The notes beneath the pieces are model-generated. The model was not told the DNA's origin. It saw only the letters and a list, made by a program, of their open reading frames with translations, and did no database searches. A stretch of 64,000 nucleotides of DNA from Candidatus Latescibacterota bacterium (GTDB taxonomy: Bacteria > Latescibacterota > UBA2968 > UBA8231), in assembly GCA_965203355.1 (NCBI GenBank), contig OZ241889.1, positions 896,001 through 960,000 of the forward strand, in the 5' to 3' direction. A program made the translations under genes and the position numbers. Shown piece after piece: positions 1-10,500 of this stretch. Positions within the stretch are counted from its first letter, which is position 1, and each line of letters opens with the position of its first letter.

Positions 1-2
1 AC

Positions 3-1235
3 TTCCCCTTGGAATCAGGATTGTTTGACCTCGTGATCGTCGATGAGGCCAGCCAGTGCAGCCTGGCGGCCGTATTGCCGTTAGCCTACCGCGCAAAACG
101 CTTGGCGGTCGTGGGCGATCCATACCAACTGAATCCAATCGTTTCCCTTAGCGATGGACGCTTACAGGAGATCGCCACGCAGACCGGGTTCGACAACGAC
201 GATCTACGCGACCGCGGCATCCACCACAAATACGGTTCGGCCTACTCCGCGTTCGAGTCTGTCGCACCCCAAACACCAGTTCTTCTCAACGAGCACTACC
301 GCTGTCACCCATACATCGCCCGTTGGTTCAACAAGACGTTCTACAAGGGTGAACTCACCGTATTGACGGACGTCTCCGATGTATCCCAGCGCGATCGTGC
401 CATCTGGTGGTGCGATGTTGACGGCGCGGCCGTACGGCCCGCTACTGGAAGCTGGCGAAATCAGGTAGAGGCAGAGGAAACAGTGAAACAACTTCATGGC
501 GTAATCGAATCCGGTTACAAGACCGTCGGCGTGGTAACTCCGTTTACCGCGCAGGCGCGGCTCATCGATCAGCTAGCCAAAACGCAATTCGGCCAGGATT
601 TCCTAGACGACATTGATTTTGTAAGTGGAACTGCACATCGCCTGCAGGGAGACGAGCGTGATGCGGTCATTATTTCTTCCGTGCTCTCGCCCGGCATGTC
701 TAAGAGCGGTGCCCGTTGGATAGAAAAAGAGAGAAACCTCCTCAACGTGGCTGTCAGCCGCGCCCGTCGAGCACTAATCGTTCTCGGGCACCCGCTCATG
801 GGAGATTTGGGGAGTCCTACCTTGGCCTCCCTGCGGGGCTATCTGCGCGATGAAGTCGCCCGGGGTGAGGGCACTGGTTCGCCGTCCGCCGAGTTCCGCA
901 CGGACAGCACGTCTGAGAAAATCCTGCTCGACGCCATGCAACTCCAAGATCTCTTACCCTATGGCAAGATTGAGATACAAGGGTACGAGCTGGACTTTGC
1001 GCTGCTAGAACAAGGAATTAAGCTGAACATCGAGGTTGACGGCGATCAGCACCTCGACGCCAGAAGCCAACAACGACGCCAGGATATTACACGAGACCGC
1101 GTCTTGGTCAATCTCGGTTGGACGATCCTGCGGATACCGGCGTGGCGATGCCACGAGGAAATTGACTCGGTGATTAAAGAAATCAGGAAAACACAGGCCC
1201 AATTGCTTGACAAAGCCTCTCGCCGGACGTTTTAG
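3..1235 (+). CDS. 5'-truncated superfamily-1 (UPF1/DNA2-like) helicase C-terminal region fused to a DUF559/Vsr-like PD-(D/E)xK nuclease
   Basis: DLVIVDEASQ (Walker B), VGDPYQL, HYRC, QGDERD and NVAVSRAR are SF1 motifs. The C-terminus has DFALL..IEVDGDQH..RD..L...GW.ILR. The frame is open from the window start. Confidence 0.85.
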   Translation, partial: FPLESGLFDLVIVDEASQCSLAAVLPLAYRAKRLAVVGDPYQLNPIVSLSDGRLQEIATQTGFDNDDLRDRGIHHKYGSAYSAFESVAPQTPVLLNEHYRCHPYIARWFNKTFYKGELTVLTDVSDVSQRDRAIWWCDVDGAAVRPATGSWRNQVEAEETVKQLHGVIESGYKTVGVVTPFTAQARLIDQLAKTQFGQDFLDDIDFVSGTAHRLQGDERDAVIISSVLSPGMSKSGARWIEKERNLLNVAVSRARRALIVLGHPLMGDLGSPTLASLRGYLRDEVARGEGTGSPSAEFRTDSTSEKILLDAMQLQDLLPYGKIEIQGYELDFALLEQGIKLNIEVDGDQHLDARSQQRRQDITRDRVLVNLGWTILRIPAWRCHEEIDSVIKEIRKTQAQLLDKASRRTF

Positions 1236-1359
1236 CACTTGCTAAGAGAGCCTACCAAGACGCCGACCAGCGACCTAACTTATTTAGAAATAAAAAATTA
1301 AGCGCGCTCCATTTCTACGGAGTTACTCGTGTATAGCATCGCGCCGGGGCGTCGCCTTT

Positions 1360-1605
1360 TTATTTAAGATTTTCCAAGAAATGTTCTATTTCCACATTAG
1401 CTTTTTTTAGATTGATCTTCAATGTACCTTTCGCCATCTCGTTGCCTTGAACAAGAATCATTGTATCTGTCTGACCAGTGTCGGGGTGTGTTCTGGTCAT
1501 CACTATATGACTTCCCCTTTGTCGCTTCAAAATAAACCCTAAGCGTTGAAGGGCGTTTTGGGCTTTCTGCGACGAGATACCAGAGGGAATTTTAGCATTA
1601 GGCAA
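1360..1605 (-). CDS. hicA: HicA-family toxin (dsRBD-fold mRNA interferase)
   Basis: 81 aa with LGF..KRQRGSH motif and GTLK..LK; overlaps the hicB stop. Confidence 0.8.
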   Translation of the reverse strand: MPNAKIPSGISSQKAQNALQRLGFILKRQRGSHIVMTRTHPDTGQTDTMILVQGNEMAKGTLKINLKKANVEIEHFLENLK

Positions 1606-1795
1606 GATGCAATTCTCTCTGATGGCTTTCTGTAACTTCTTCTAGATAGAGAGCTACGGCTTCTTTGAGATTTTTAAAAGCCTCTTCCTCATCCTTGCCT
1701 TGGCTGGCTATTCCGATCTGAGGACAATGGGATACGTACAGTCCTTTTTTTTCTTGATAGATTTCAGCCGTTAGGATTGTTCCTTGTTGTGGCAC
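1598..1795 (-). CDS. hicB: Short HicB-family antitoxin (no DNA-binding domain), hicB-hicA order
   Basis: YVSHCPQIGIASQGKDEEEAFKNLKEAVALYLE is the HicB RNase-H-like core. GTG start at 1795 follows AAGGAG. Confidence 0.8.
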   Translation of the reverse strand: MPQQGTILTAEIYQEKKGLYVSHCPQIGIASQGKDEEEAFKNLKEAVALYLEEVTESHQRELHLA

Positions 1796-2004
1796 AAGCA
1801 ACTCCTTTCTTTGGGGTGAGTATTACAGCAGACTTTGCCCAGCGATACCATAGGGTGGTTGGAGTCGGGCGAATCATTGGATTTTGTTTTTGGATAAGGA
1901 TCGCACGTGAAGTGGTTGATTGCCGCCAGTTGCACTATCCCAACTTCTGAAGAGTGCGTGGATCATGCTTGGCATCCGCTCCGGGGAGCGAGACAAGTTT
2001 ATAC

Positions 2005-2037
2005 ACGTCTCTCCAGAGAATCACCCCGGAGAGACGT
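2005..2037 (-). terminator. 14-bp stem hairpin just downstream of the tmRNA 3' end
   Basis: Minus strand ACGTCTCTCCGGGG-TGATT-CTCTGGAGAGACGT (two G.U pairs); weak U-tail. Confidence 0.55.
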
Positions 2038-2052
2038 TTGTGTCTGGAAGAA

Positions 2053-2412
2053 TGGTGGAGGCGGCGGGAATCGAACCCGCGTCCGAGACCGGTTCTACCG
2101 AAATATGCTACGTGCGTAGTCGGCCTTAATTATCTCGCCTGTTGCGCCGCTGGCCAACGAGCCTCGCAACGAGCCAGCCCGAAAAATCTCGCCCCATTCC
2201 CTCGGGCGAAGGTTTGGGACCAGCCTGCTAAAAGATGACATTGGGGCCGGCCGCGCAGGCTCAACAGACCCCAATGGGCTGCGCTAAGTTTAGGCAGCCA
2301 GAGCGTACGTGTTAGTTTCGTCGCTTAATTTTGTTCCCGATGATTTACGAGGTGTCGGGACCTCGGCACGCAATTTGGGCTTCTCCGACCCCGTCGAAGC
2401 CAAGTCGCCCCC
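2053..2412 (-). ncRNA. ssrA: tmRNA
   Basis: 5' GGGGGCGACTTGGCTTCGAC and 3' GGACGCGGGTTCGATTCCCGCCGCCTCCACCA form an Ala acceptor stem with G3.U plus a T-arm. The tag ORF at 2322-2290 reads (A)DETNTYALAA* after a TAAGC resume context. Confidence 0.97.
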
Positions 2413-2452
2413 TTGGAGCATAATAACCGAAAATCGCCCACAATGTCAACGC

Positions 2453-3409
2453 TCAGTTCACCACGTTGATCGGCGCGCCCGCCAGAAAGGCCCGCACGTT
2501 TGCTGCCGTCATTTGCATCAGTCGCTTGCGCGCCTCTAGCGTGGCCCAAGCCATGTGTGGCGTGATGAGCAGATTCGGTGCCTGCAAGAGCGGGTTGCCG
2601 CTGGCAATCGGCTCGACGGAAGCCACATCCGTTGCCGCCGCCCGAGGCTTGCCGGCGCGCAGTGCTTGCAAAAGGGCCTGTTCGTCGACGAGTGCTCCGC
2701 GCGCCGTGTTGATCAACAGCGACCCTTCCTTCATGGTCGCCAACAATTCGGCGTTGACGAAGCCAGTGTTGGCGGGCGTCTGCGGGCAGTGCAAGCTGAC
2801 CACGTCGGCCCCGGCGAAAATCTCGGCCGTGCTCTTGAGGTCAAACGGCGCGTACCCCGGCCGGTCCTTGGGCGACGGCGCATACGCCCAGACTTCCATG
2901 CCAAAAGCGTGGGCCAACTCGCCGACGCGCTGGCCGATACGCCCAAAGCCTACCAGGCCGATAACTTTCCCGGCTAGCTCGGTAAGCGGCGTCTCCCAGA
3001 AACACCAATAGCCCGATTCCGCCCAGTCGCCGCGATGGACCGCTGCATCGTGGCGACCGACGTGGTGGCACAGCTCCAGCAGCAGGGCCATGGTGTACTG
3101 GGCGACCGAGTCGGTGCCGTACACTGGAATGTTTGACACCGGGATGGCGCGTGCGCGTGCCGCTTCCACATCGACGACGTTGTAGCCAGTGGCCGTAACC
3201 GACACAAAGCGCAAATTGGGCAGCTGGACAAACGTCTCGGCTGTCAGTGGTACCTTGTTGGTCAAAATCACGTCGGCGTCCACAGCCCGTTCCAAGATCA
3301 GGTCGTCGGACGTTTTGTCGTACACCGCAAACTCGCCCAGTGCCGCGACCGGATCCCAAGGATTATCCCCGGGGTTTAAGGTGTGTCCGTCTAGTACTGT
3401 GATTTTCAT
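2453..3409 (-). CDS. D-2-hydroxyacid dehydrogenase (glycerate dehydrogenase/hydroxypyruvate reductase-like)
   Basis: GLVGFGRIG Rossmann motif, SLHCP, INTARG, TPHMAW. Confidence 0.9.
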   Translation of the reverse strand: MKITVLDGHTLNPGDNPWDPVAALGEFAVYDKTSDDLILERAVDADVILTNKVPLTAETFVQLPNLRFVSVTATGYNVVDVEAARARAIPVSNIPVYGTDSVAQYTMALLLELCHHVGRHDAAVHRGDWAESGYWCFWETPLTELAGKVIGLVGFGRIGQRVGELAHAFGMEVWAYAPSPKDRPGYAPFDLKSTAEIFAGADVVSLHCPQTPANTGFVNAELLATMKEGSLLINTARGALVDEQALLQALRAGKPRAAATDVASVEPIASGNPLLQAPNLLITPHMAWATLEARKRLMQMTAANVRAFLAGAPINVVN

Positions 3410-3430
3410 AAGGTTCCTTTTGTTGGCGTC

Positions 3431-5272
3431 CTATTTCCGTAGCTGACCCACGTCCCGCACGGCCCCGTATGCCGCGCTCGTCGTTAGTGCGGCATACGCT
3501 TGGAGCGATTGAGGGACGTGGCGCTGGCGGTTGCTGGGCCGATAGGCGTCTATTTTTTGCCGCCGCGCAGACAGCTCGGCGTCCGCGATTAGCACGTCGA
3601 TTTTGCGATTGGGAATGTCGATGCGAATCCGGTCGCCGGTTTCCACTAAGGCCAGTGCCCCGCCCTCGGCTGCTTCCGGCGAGACGTGGCCAATCGACAG
3701 CCCGGAGGTGCCGCCGGAAAAGCGGCCATCGGTCAACAGCGCACAGGTCTTGTCCAGCCCCATGGACTTGATGTACGACGTTGGATAGAGCATCTCTTGC
3801 ATCCCCGGCCCGCCCTTGGGGCCCTCGTAGCGGATCACTACCACGTCGCCAGCGCGGACCGTACCGCCGAGGATGCCCTCGCAGGCCTCGTCCTGCGACT
3901 CGAAGATCCGGGCCGTGCCCTCAAACACCCATATTGACTCATCAACGCCCGCCGTCTTCACGATGCAGCCCTCCTCGGCGATATTGCCGAAAAGCACGGC
4001 TAGCCCGCCATCCTGCGAATAGGCGTGCGCGACCGAGCGGATGCAGCCCGTTTGATCTTCCACGTCCGGCCCGATGTAAAAGTTGTTCTGGGAGAAGGCG
4101 GTTTTCGTCCGCTCGTTGCCCGGGGCCGCCACCGACCGGTCCAAGGCCATCGGGTCCACCGGACCGGGTCCGCGGATGTCGTTGGCGGCGATGAGCTCGC
4201 CCAGCGACAGCCCGGCAACGGTCGGCGGCTCGGGGTGAATCTTACCAGCGCGCAACAACTCGCCGAGAATGCTCATAATGCCGCCAGCGCGGGAGACGTC
4301 CTCCATGTGAAACTTCTGCGTGGCCGGCGCCACTTTGCAGATACAGGGGACTTGCCGCGAGAGCCGGTCGATGTCGGCCATGGTGAAATTGACTTCGGCC
4401 TCGCGCGCCATGGCCAACAGGTGCAAGACCGTGTTGGTGGAGCCGCCCATGGCAATGTCTAAGGTCATGGCGTTTTCAAAGGCCGCGAAATTCGCAATGC
4501 TGCGCGGCAGCACCGACGTGTCGCCTTCTAAGTAAAATGCCTTAGCCATTTCGACGATTCGCTTGCCGGCCGCGGCAAAAAGCTCCCAGCGCAGTGCGTG
4601 CGTGGCGAGGACGGTGCCGTTGCCCGGCAGGGCGAGGCCGATGGCTTCGTTTAGGCAGTTCATGGAGTTGGCGGTGAACATGCCCGAGCACGAGCCGCAA
4701 GTCGGGCAGGCTTGTTCCTCTATCTTGGCCAAGTCCTCGTCGCTCAAGTCGGGGTTGGCTGCGGCGACCATAGAGTCGATCAGATCGATCTTGGAGCGGC
4801 CCGTTGACAGTTCGGTTTTGCCGGCTTCCATCGGCCCACCCGAAACAAAGATCGCCGGGATGTTGAGCCTGAGTGCAGCCAGCAACATGCCCGGCGTGAT
4901 CTTGTCGCAATTGGAAATGCAGACGAGGGCATCGGCCTTGTGGGCCTGCACCATGTACTCGACGCTGTCGGCGATGAGCTCGCGGCTCGGCAGCGAGTAG
5001 AGCATGCCGTCGTGGCCCATGGCAATGCCGTCGTCCACGGCAATGGTGTTGAACTCCACGCCATAGCCACCGTGCTGGTCAATGACTTCCTTGACCTGCT
5101 GGCCGATGGGGTGTAGATGCACGTGCCCGGGCACGAACTGCGTAAAGGAGTTGGCAATGGCGACGATGGGCTTTTGGAAGTCCTCGGTCTTCATGCCGGT
5201 GGCGCGCCACAGAGCACGGGCGCCGGCCATGCGCCTTCCCTGCGTGGTGGTACTGCTGCGAAATGCTTGCAT
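3431..5272 (-). CDS. ilvD: Dihydroxy-acid dehydratase
   Basis: [64 protein letters not shown]. Confidence 0.97.
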   Translation of the reverse strand: MQAFRSSTTTQGRRMAGARALWRATGMKTEDFQKPIVAIANSFTQFVPGHVHLHPIGQQVKEVIDQHGGYGVEFNTIAVDDGIAMGHDGMLYSLPSRELIADSVEYMVQAHKADALVCISNCDKITPGMLLAALRLNIPAIFVSGGPMEAGKTELSTGRSKIDLIDSMVAAANPDLSDEDLAKIEEQACPTCGSCSGMFTANSMNCLNEAIGLALPGNGTVLATHALRWELFAAAGKRIVEMAKAFYLEGDTSVLPRSIANFAAFENAMTLDIAMGGSTNTVLHLLAMAREAEVNFTMADIDRLSRQVPCICKVAPATQKFHMEDVSRAGGIMSILGELLRAGKIHPEPPTVAGLSLGELIAANDIRGPGPVDPMALDRSVAAPGNERTKTAFSQNNFYIGPDVEDQTGCIRSVAHAYSQDGGLAVLFGNIAEEGCIVKTAGVDESIWVFEGTARIFESQDEACEGILGGTVRAGDVVVIRYEGPKGGPGMQEMLYPTSYIKSMGLDKTCALLTDGRFSGGTSGLSIGHVSPEAAEGGALALVETGDRIRIDIPNRKIDVLIADAELSARRQKIDAYRPSNRQRHVPQSLQAYAALTTSAAYGAVRDVGQLRK

Positions 5273-5284
5273 AATAGCTCTTTC

Positions 5285-5305
5285 AAAAAGCTGCCGTCTA
5301 GCAGC
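5285..5305 (-). terminator. Terminator-like hairpin immediately upstream of ilvD
   Basis: Minus strand GCTGCT-AGAC-GGCAGC-TTTTT, about 13 nt before the ilvD ATG. Confidence 0.45.
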
Positions 5306-5463
5306 GGGTTTTAGGTAGCGAGGTCAATTGCGTTGGCGGTTGGCTTGGCTTGCTCGGCACGAATAGCGCAGATAGAGCGGCTTTCGCTCTCACGCGCTTC
5401 GAGGCAAGCACCTGCAAGCGCAATCCGCTCGTTGGCGTTGGCGTGCTGTATGATTGCGACCCT

Positions 5464-7569
5464 TTAGAAAGCCTGACCAATAGAAAAATAAAAGTGCCGC
5501 CGCTGATACAACCGCCGCCACCCCTGTTTCGCGTCAGATTGGTTGTCGAGGGAGCCATCGCTGAAGGCTATGTCGAGCCGAAGGGGAAAGCCCAAAGCGT
5601 AGCGCAGCCCCACTCCATAGCCATCGACCATACTTCGCAAGGTCGCTTGGTTTGGCTTGCGCCAGACCTGCGCCCGATCCCAAAAGCCTACAAAGCCGAA
5701 GTTGTTGCGCTGATAGCGCAATTCCCCGCGCATATTCAGGCCGAGGCGTCCGCCACCCGGTGCGTTTATGGCGTCTTGCTCAACGCCGCGCAGGGAACCC
5801 TCGCCCCCGTATGCCCACCAGTATTTCTGCGGCAACCGCCGTCCCTCGCGCAGTGAGGCCGCTCCTCCTCCTTGCAGGGCCAGGGCTAACACCAGCCGGC
5901 GCGAGACCGGTTGGTAATACATGAATGCGGCGTCGCCATCGATCACATAGGTCTGACGCTGCCCTAAAATGAACGAATAGGCGTAGCGTCCGGTCAACCG
6001 CAAGAGTGCGCCGCGCATGGGGGCAAAGGGGTCGTTGCGCGAGTCGCGCAAAAACTCGGTCTTCAAGTTGACTGAGCGCTCGCGTTCGGTCAGAATTCGC
6101 AACCAGTCCGCGGTCGCTGGAATTTTGCCGTCGCTGTAGTCTATGCCGTGGTCTTGGGTGAAGAAGTTGCCTTTGCCAGAGAAATCGAACTCGGAGTCGT
6201 CAAACGGATCGTCTGCGTCGATAGGATCGTCGCTGTCTTCTATGTCAGGTGAATAGGCAATCGGCTCGCTCGAGTCGGGCCGGGTGCGCGAGTCTTCCGC
6301 GCTAAGGGAGACTTGGGCTTGGTATATCTCGCGCCAGCCCTTGGTGAGCGTTGCTTCGGCTTTCCACAAGTGCTCGACCGAGAGGTATTCGAAGGTGGCT
6401 GTCCGTATGTACTCCCGTGTGATTGCTTCCCCGCCAAAGGGAAAGGACAAAAAGCCCTGAAGGACCGAATCGTTGGCCGTCAGGAGCGCGACTTGTCGCG
6501 GGTCGTGCGGGTTGCCTTGTTGCTTGGTTTGCCGCCATTCGTCCGTGACGCCGGCCGACAGGACCAAGTCGGCACCCGTGCCCAGCAAGTTGCGCTCGGT
6601 GAAGGACGCGGTGACGCCCTGTTCCGGCTGTCCCCAACTGGCGTCGAGGCTGAGCCGAGCCCCTCGGCCCAGCCAGTTGTTGTGCTGTACGACCCCTTTC
6701 ACACGCGGCTCGATGTTGCTCAAGAAAACTTCGCTGCTTAGAGCGATGCGCTTTTTTTCTTGCAAGCGAACCACAACGGGTTGCAAGCTGTCGCCGGTCT
6801 CAGGGGTGAGCAAAAAGACCGAGCGGAACAGGCCGGTCCTCGCCAGTTGCTCGCGGCTTTTGGCTAGCTGTTCGGGGTTGTACAAATCCCCCTGTGCAAA
6901 GTGTAGATAGCGCTCGATTACCTCCTTGCGCGTGTATAGGCGGTCGAGGTTTTCGACCTCGACGGCACCGAAGTACATCTTGCGCCCGGGATCGATGTGG
7001 AAGACAACCTCAGTACTGCGGTTGGCGCGGTCGTCCCCCACCCACTCGTTGCGGACCGCGGCGTGGGGATAGCCGCGCTGATTGAGGAAGACCTGTAGTT
7101 GGCGCTCGCCTTCGAGCACCTTGCCGTAGTTGAGCGGTGCGCCGGCGCGCAAGCCGACCTGAGCGCGCAGGGCGTCGGCTGAGAAGGGGGCACCTCCAAC
7201 GAGCGTTAGCGCGCGCACGGTCCACAGTGAGCCACTGTCGATTTCAATGTGAATGTGGACTCGGTTTTTGGCGTCCAAGCGCAGGAGTTTGCGGACGATT
7301 TCGGCGTCGCGATAGCCTTTGCCGTAATAGAGATTGACCAGTCCGCTAAGGTCGTTTTTGAAGAATCGGCGTTGGAAGCGCTTGCCCTCTTGGGTCAGCA
7401 TGGCCGAGCGCAAGGTCTCGCCTTTAATGCGCTTTGCGCCTTGGTGTACGAAGCGTATCTGAGCCACCTTGTGCCCGTCGGCTTCGCGGGCCGATATTTC
7501 GCGCAGCTCGGCTTGGGCCAAGGCGGTTGCGGCGAGCGATAGACAGAGCACGGCCGCGAGCGCACTCAC
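5464..7569 (-). CDS. Omp85 (TamA/BamA-like) outer-membrane protein with POTRA domains
   Basis: Signal peptide, POTRA repeats (LY..KGY, L..RGY, LARTGLF), GG..SLRG loop motif, C-terminal FYFSIGQAF; coupled to tamB. Confidence 0.9.
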   Translation of the reverse strand: MSALAAVLCLSLAATALAQAELREISAREADGHKVAQIRFVHQGAKRIKGETLRSAMLTQEGKRFQRRFFKNDLSGLVNLYYGKGYRDAEIVRKLLRLDAKNRVHIHIEIDSGSLWTVRALTLVGGAPFSADALRAQVGLRAGAPLNYGKVLEGERQLQVFLNQRGYPHAAVRNEWVGDDRANRSTEVVFHIDPGRKMYFGAVEVENLDRLYTRKEVIERYLHFAQGDLYNPEQLAKSREQLARTGLFRSVFLLTPETGDSLQPVVVRLQEKKRIALSSEVFLSNIEPRVKGVVQHNNWLGRGARLSLDASWGQPEQGVTASFTERNLLGTGADLVLSAGVTDEWRQTKQQGNPHDPRQVALLTANDSVLQGFLSFPFGGEAITREYIRTATFEYLSVEHLWKAEATLTKGWREIYQAQVSLSAEDSRTRPDSSEPIAYSPDIEDSDDPIDADDPFDDSEFDFSGKGNFFTQDHGIDYSDGKIPATADWLRILTERERSVNLKTEFLRDSRNDPFAPMRGALLRLTGRYAYSFILGQRQTYVIDGDAAFMYYQPVSRRLVLALALQGGGAASLREGRRLPQKYWWAYGGEGSLRGVEQDAINAPGGGRLGLNMRGELRYQRNNFGFVGFWDRAQVWRKPNQATLRSMVDGYGVGLRYALGFPLRLDIAFSDGSLDNQSDAKQGWRRLYQRRHFYFSIGQAF

Positions 7570-10500
7570 CGGAATTCTCGCTTCAGGCCAATGCCCAGCC
7601 CATAGCTATCGTACTTGCTTTGCGCCGAGCCGACGATGGTCAGAAAGGACTTGATTTTGTGCTCAATCCGCACCTCGCCCGCGGCCATCTCTTTTAGCAG
7701 GGCCTCGTAGCGCACCCAGAGGGGTAGGGGCAACCCGCCGAGGTACTTGCCCGCCCGCAAGGCGGGATCCCCAGGATCGGCCCCGGCGATTGCACTCGAC
7801 GGCAGGACCATGAACTCATTGAGCCCCACCTTTTCGACCTGTTTGCTCAAGAGTTGGCCGGCGGCCGTAAAGGCCGCAGCGTAGTCAAGATCGGCCACAT
7901 CGGGATTAGCCATGTTAAAGACCAGCAGGTTGATGATACTCAAATCTTCTAGTAGCTGTGGCGCGTCCGGGTCTTCCGCTTCCGCCTTAAAATCCGGCGC
8001 AATCTTCTGAGCCGACCCTTTCAGCGTCAGGGTCACGTCGTACTTGTAGCCACTCTTAATGTCTGTGATTTCCGCGACTTTGGCCTGCAAATCGAGCGTG
8101 GGATTCAGTTCAAAGGGGTCGTACATCACGTCGAGAATGGAGCCAGTCGGTGCTAAGCGGTTTAAGACGACGCGCCCTTGGGTGATGTTGAACTCCTGAT
8201 TGAGTACGAAGACCTGCCCTTGGTCTAGGGTGATGTCGCCTTGGAAGAGCGGCTTGTAGAAGGTGCCATCGATCTCGACCGCGCCCGATGCTTCGACCTC
8301 GGCTAGCTCGCTGTCGAGGGCGAGTCCGCGGAGCTCAACCTCGACCGCGAGGGCCATGTTCTCCAAAAATTCGTCGCGCAGTGCCGGCGGTGGCGGGGGT
8401 ACGGGCAGCGCGAGGACCACGAGGCTCGTCTCGGTCGTTGGTCGGTCGAGGCGGACGCGCCCGGCTAACTTGGACGCGCTGAGCGAGCCGGCGAAAGACA
8501 GATCCATGTCGATGTCGTCCGCCTTAAAGGACTGCCCAACGTCCTCGTAGTAGGAGGTCAGCCGCTCGGCTTGGAGCCGCAAGTCAAAGCTAGGGTCGTC
8601 GAGCCGCGACAGGTCGATTTGCCCGGCGAGCGACGCGCTGCGAAACCCTCGCTTGGGTTCTTTCTCGACCGAGAAACCCACCAGCTCGACCTGCCGATCC
8701 TTGAATTGCAACTGTCCGTCGGGCAGCGCGTAGATCGGCTCTAAGCCGAGGAGGGCAAATTCGAGACCTGCGACTCCTATTTGGCCTTGCAATGAGAGCG
8801 TTGAGTCCAACCCCGCGACCCGGAGATCGGCGCTGATCCGTCCGTCGAGATGGTCCAGTTCGGCTATTAGGTCGCCGAGGAAGAGGAGGCCGATGCCGTT
8901 GGAATGCACTTTGAGCCAGCCCTCGTCTAAGGAGAGTTCGCCGGCTTGCAAGTCCCAAGGTACGCGGCCGGTCGCGGTGAGGCTGTCGTCGGGCGAGGTC
9001 GTCCAGTTCAAATGCCAATCGCCGCCATCCCGGTCGCCGACGAGCCGGCCGCGGAGTGCTCCCAAATCTGTGGTTTGCACGGCCAGATCAGTGGCAACGC
9101 GCGGATCGGCTGCTGTGCCGCTGACGGCGGCGTCGAGTTGGACCAGCCCTTCGGGGCCGCCGAGGAAAACCAAGTCCACGTCTTTGAAGGCCAATTCCAT
9201 TTTCGAGGGCTTGGCGCCTGCTAGTTGGCCAGCTAACCGCAAGCTGCCCGCCGGTTGGTAGGCGAGGTGATCGCGGTCGTAGCGCCGTAGGCCTATCGCT
9301 ACCGAGTCGAGGACCACGCGGCCTTCGCCGAGCGCGAATCGCCCGCCGGACAGGAGGTCCAGCCGCAGCGAGTCGGCTGACGCTTGGCTCTCGATGGCCA
9401 AGCCGTGTACGTCGATATGGCCAGACAAGTCCCGCCAGCTCGGCATGGAATCCCCTAAGGCCGCTGCTAAGTGCCCGTCGAGATCGAGCCACCCGTGTAG
9501 CGGGCGTCCTAAAGCATGACTGAGCAGAGGCCCCAAGTTTGCGGCTTTCGCTTTGATCGCGAGTTGGGCGGGAGCGGCCCCCGGCCCGAAGAGCGGCGCG
9601 GCGGGGCAGGTGAGCGCGAGGCTCATACCGGCATCGGCGGTAAACTCGGCCACGAGCGAATCCGCCAGCGCGAGGTGCAGCCGCGCATGGCCGAGGGCGA
9701 GGGTATCGAGGCGCATCTCGGTTAGCGTTATCGCGCCCTGTGCTTCCGGCCTCGCTAGCGTCCCGCCGATCCGCAGATGCCCGCCGCCCGTTGCGCTGAG
9801 ATCGGACGCGAGGTTGGATAGCTCAAGGGCGGATAAATCCGCTGCAACGGAGAGCGAATCCCGCTCGACCCAACCGGCAAGGCCCACTCGGCCGACGGGC
9901 GTTTGCAGGTGTAGCGCGGTGAGAACGATGCGCCCGTCGCCATAGTCGGCTTGGAGGGAACCTTGGTTTTGCAGCGTCCATTTCCCTTGCCGCAACAGGA
10001 GCGAGTCGAGGGAGAGGCTCGCTTGAACGGCGTCTAGGTCCGCTAACGGCCCGTCCCAGCGCAGAGCACCGCCCAATGCGGCCACAGCACCATCTACGCC
10101 CCGCAGCAGGGTATCGGCAAAATCCGCTTGAGCCGTTAAGTGCCTGTCCGCGTCTAGTTTCGCCAGTACGCTCACGCCCGTCCCCCCGCCGGACACCCGC
10201 GCTGCACCTTGGTCCCAGTTCGCGTTCAGGGCGAGTTCTCCGGTCTGCCACCCCGCGTACGCTAGCGGCGTGGTCGCCACGCTTCCGTCGAGTCGCAGCG
10301 CGTCGAGTGCCAGTCCGCCTCCCCCGCGCAAACTCGCGTTGAGCCGCCCGCTCAACCCGGGCGCGAGCCGCCCTACGGCCAGTCCGTCCACATTCGCCAC
10401 CAGCGTATCGACCTCGCTGTGCTCTAAGTCAATGTCTGCCCGCGCTATTAGGAGATCGCGCTCTAAGCGCAAATCCGCCGCGAGGTAGCGGTTGGCGGCG

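Noticed and set aside
2053-2085. tRNA-like T-arm and CCA end
   Set aside because: It is the 3' domain of tmRNA; the matching 5' end and tag ORF are present and there is no anticodon arm.
1907-2549. Short ORFs overlapping ssrA
   Set aside because: Explained by the tmRNA gene.
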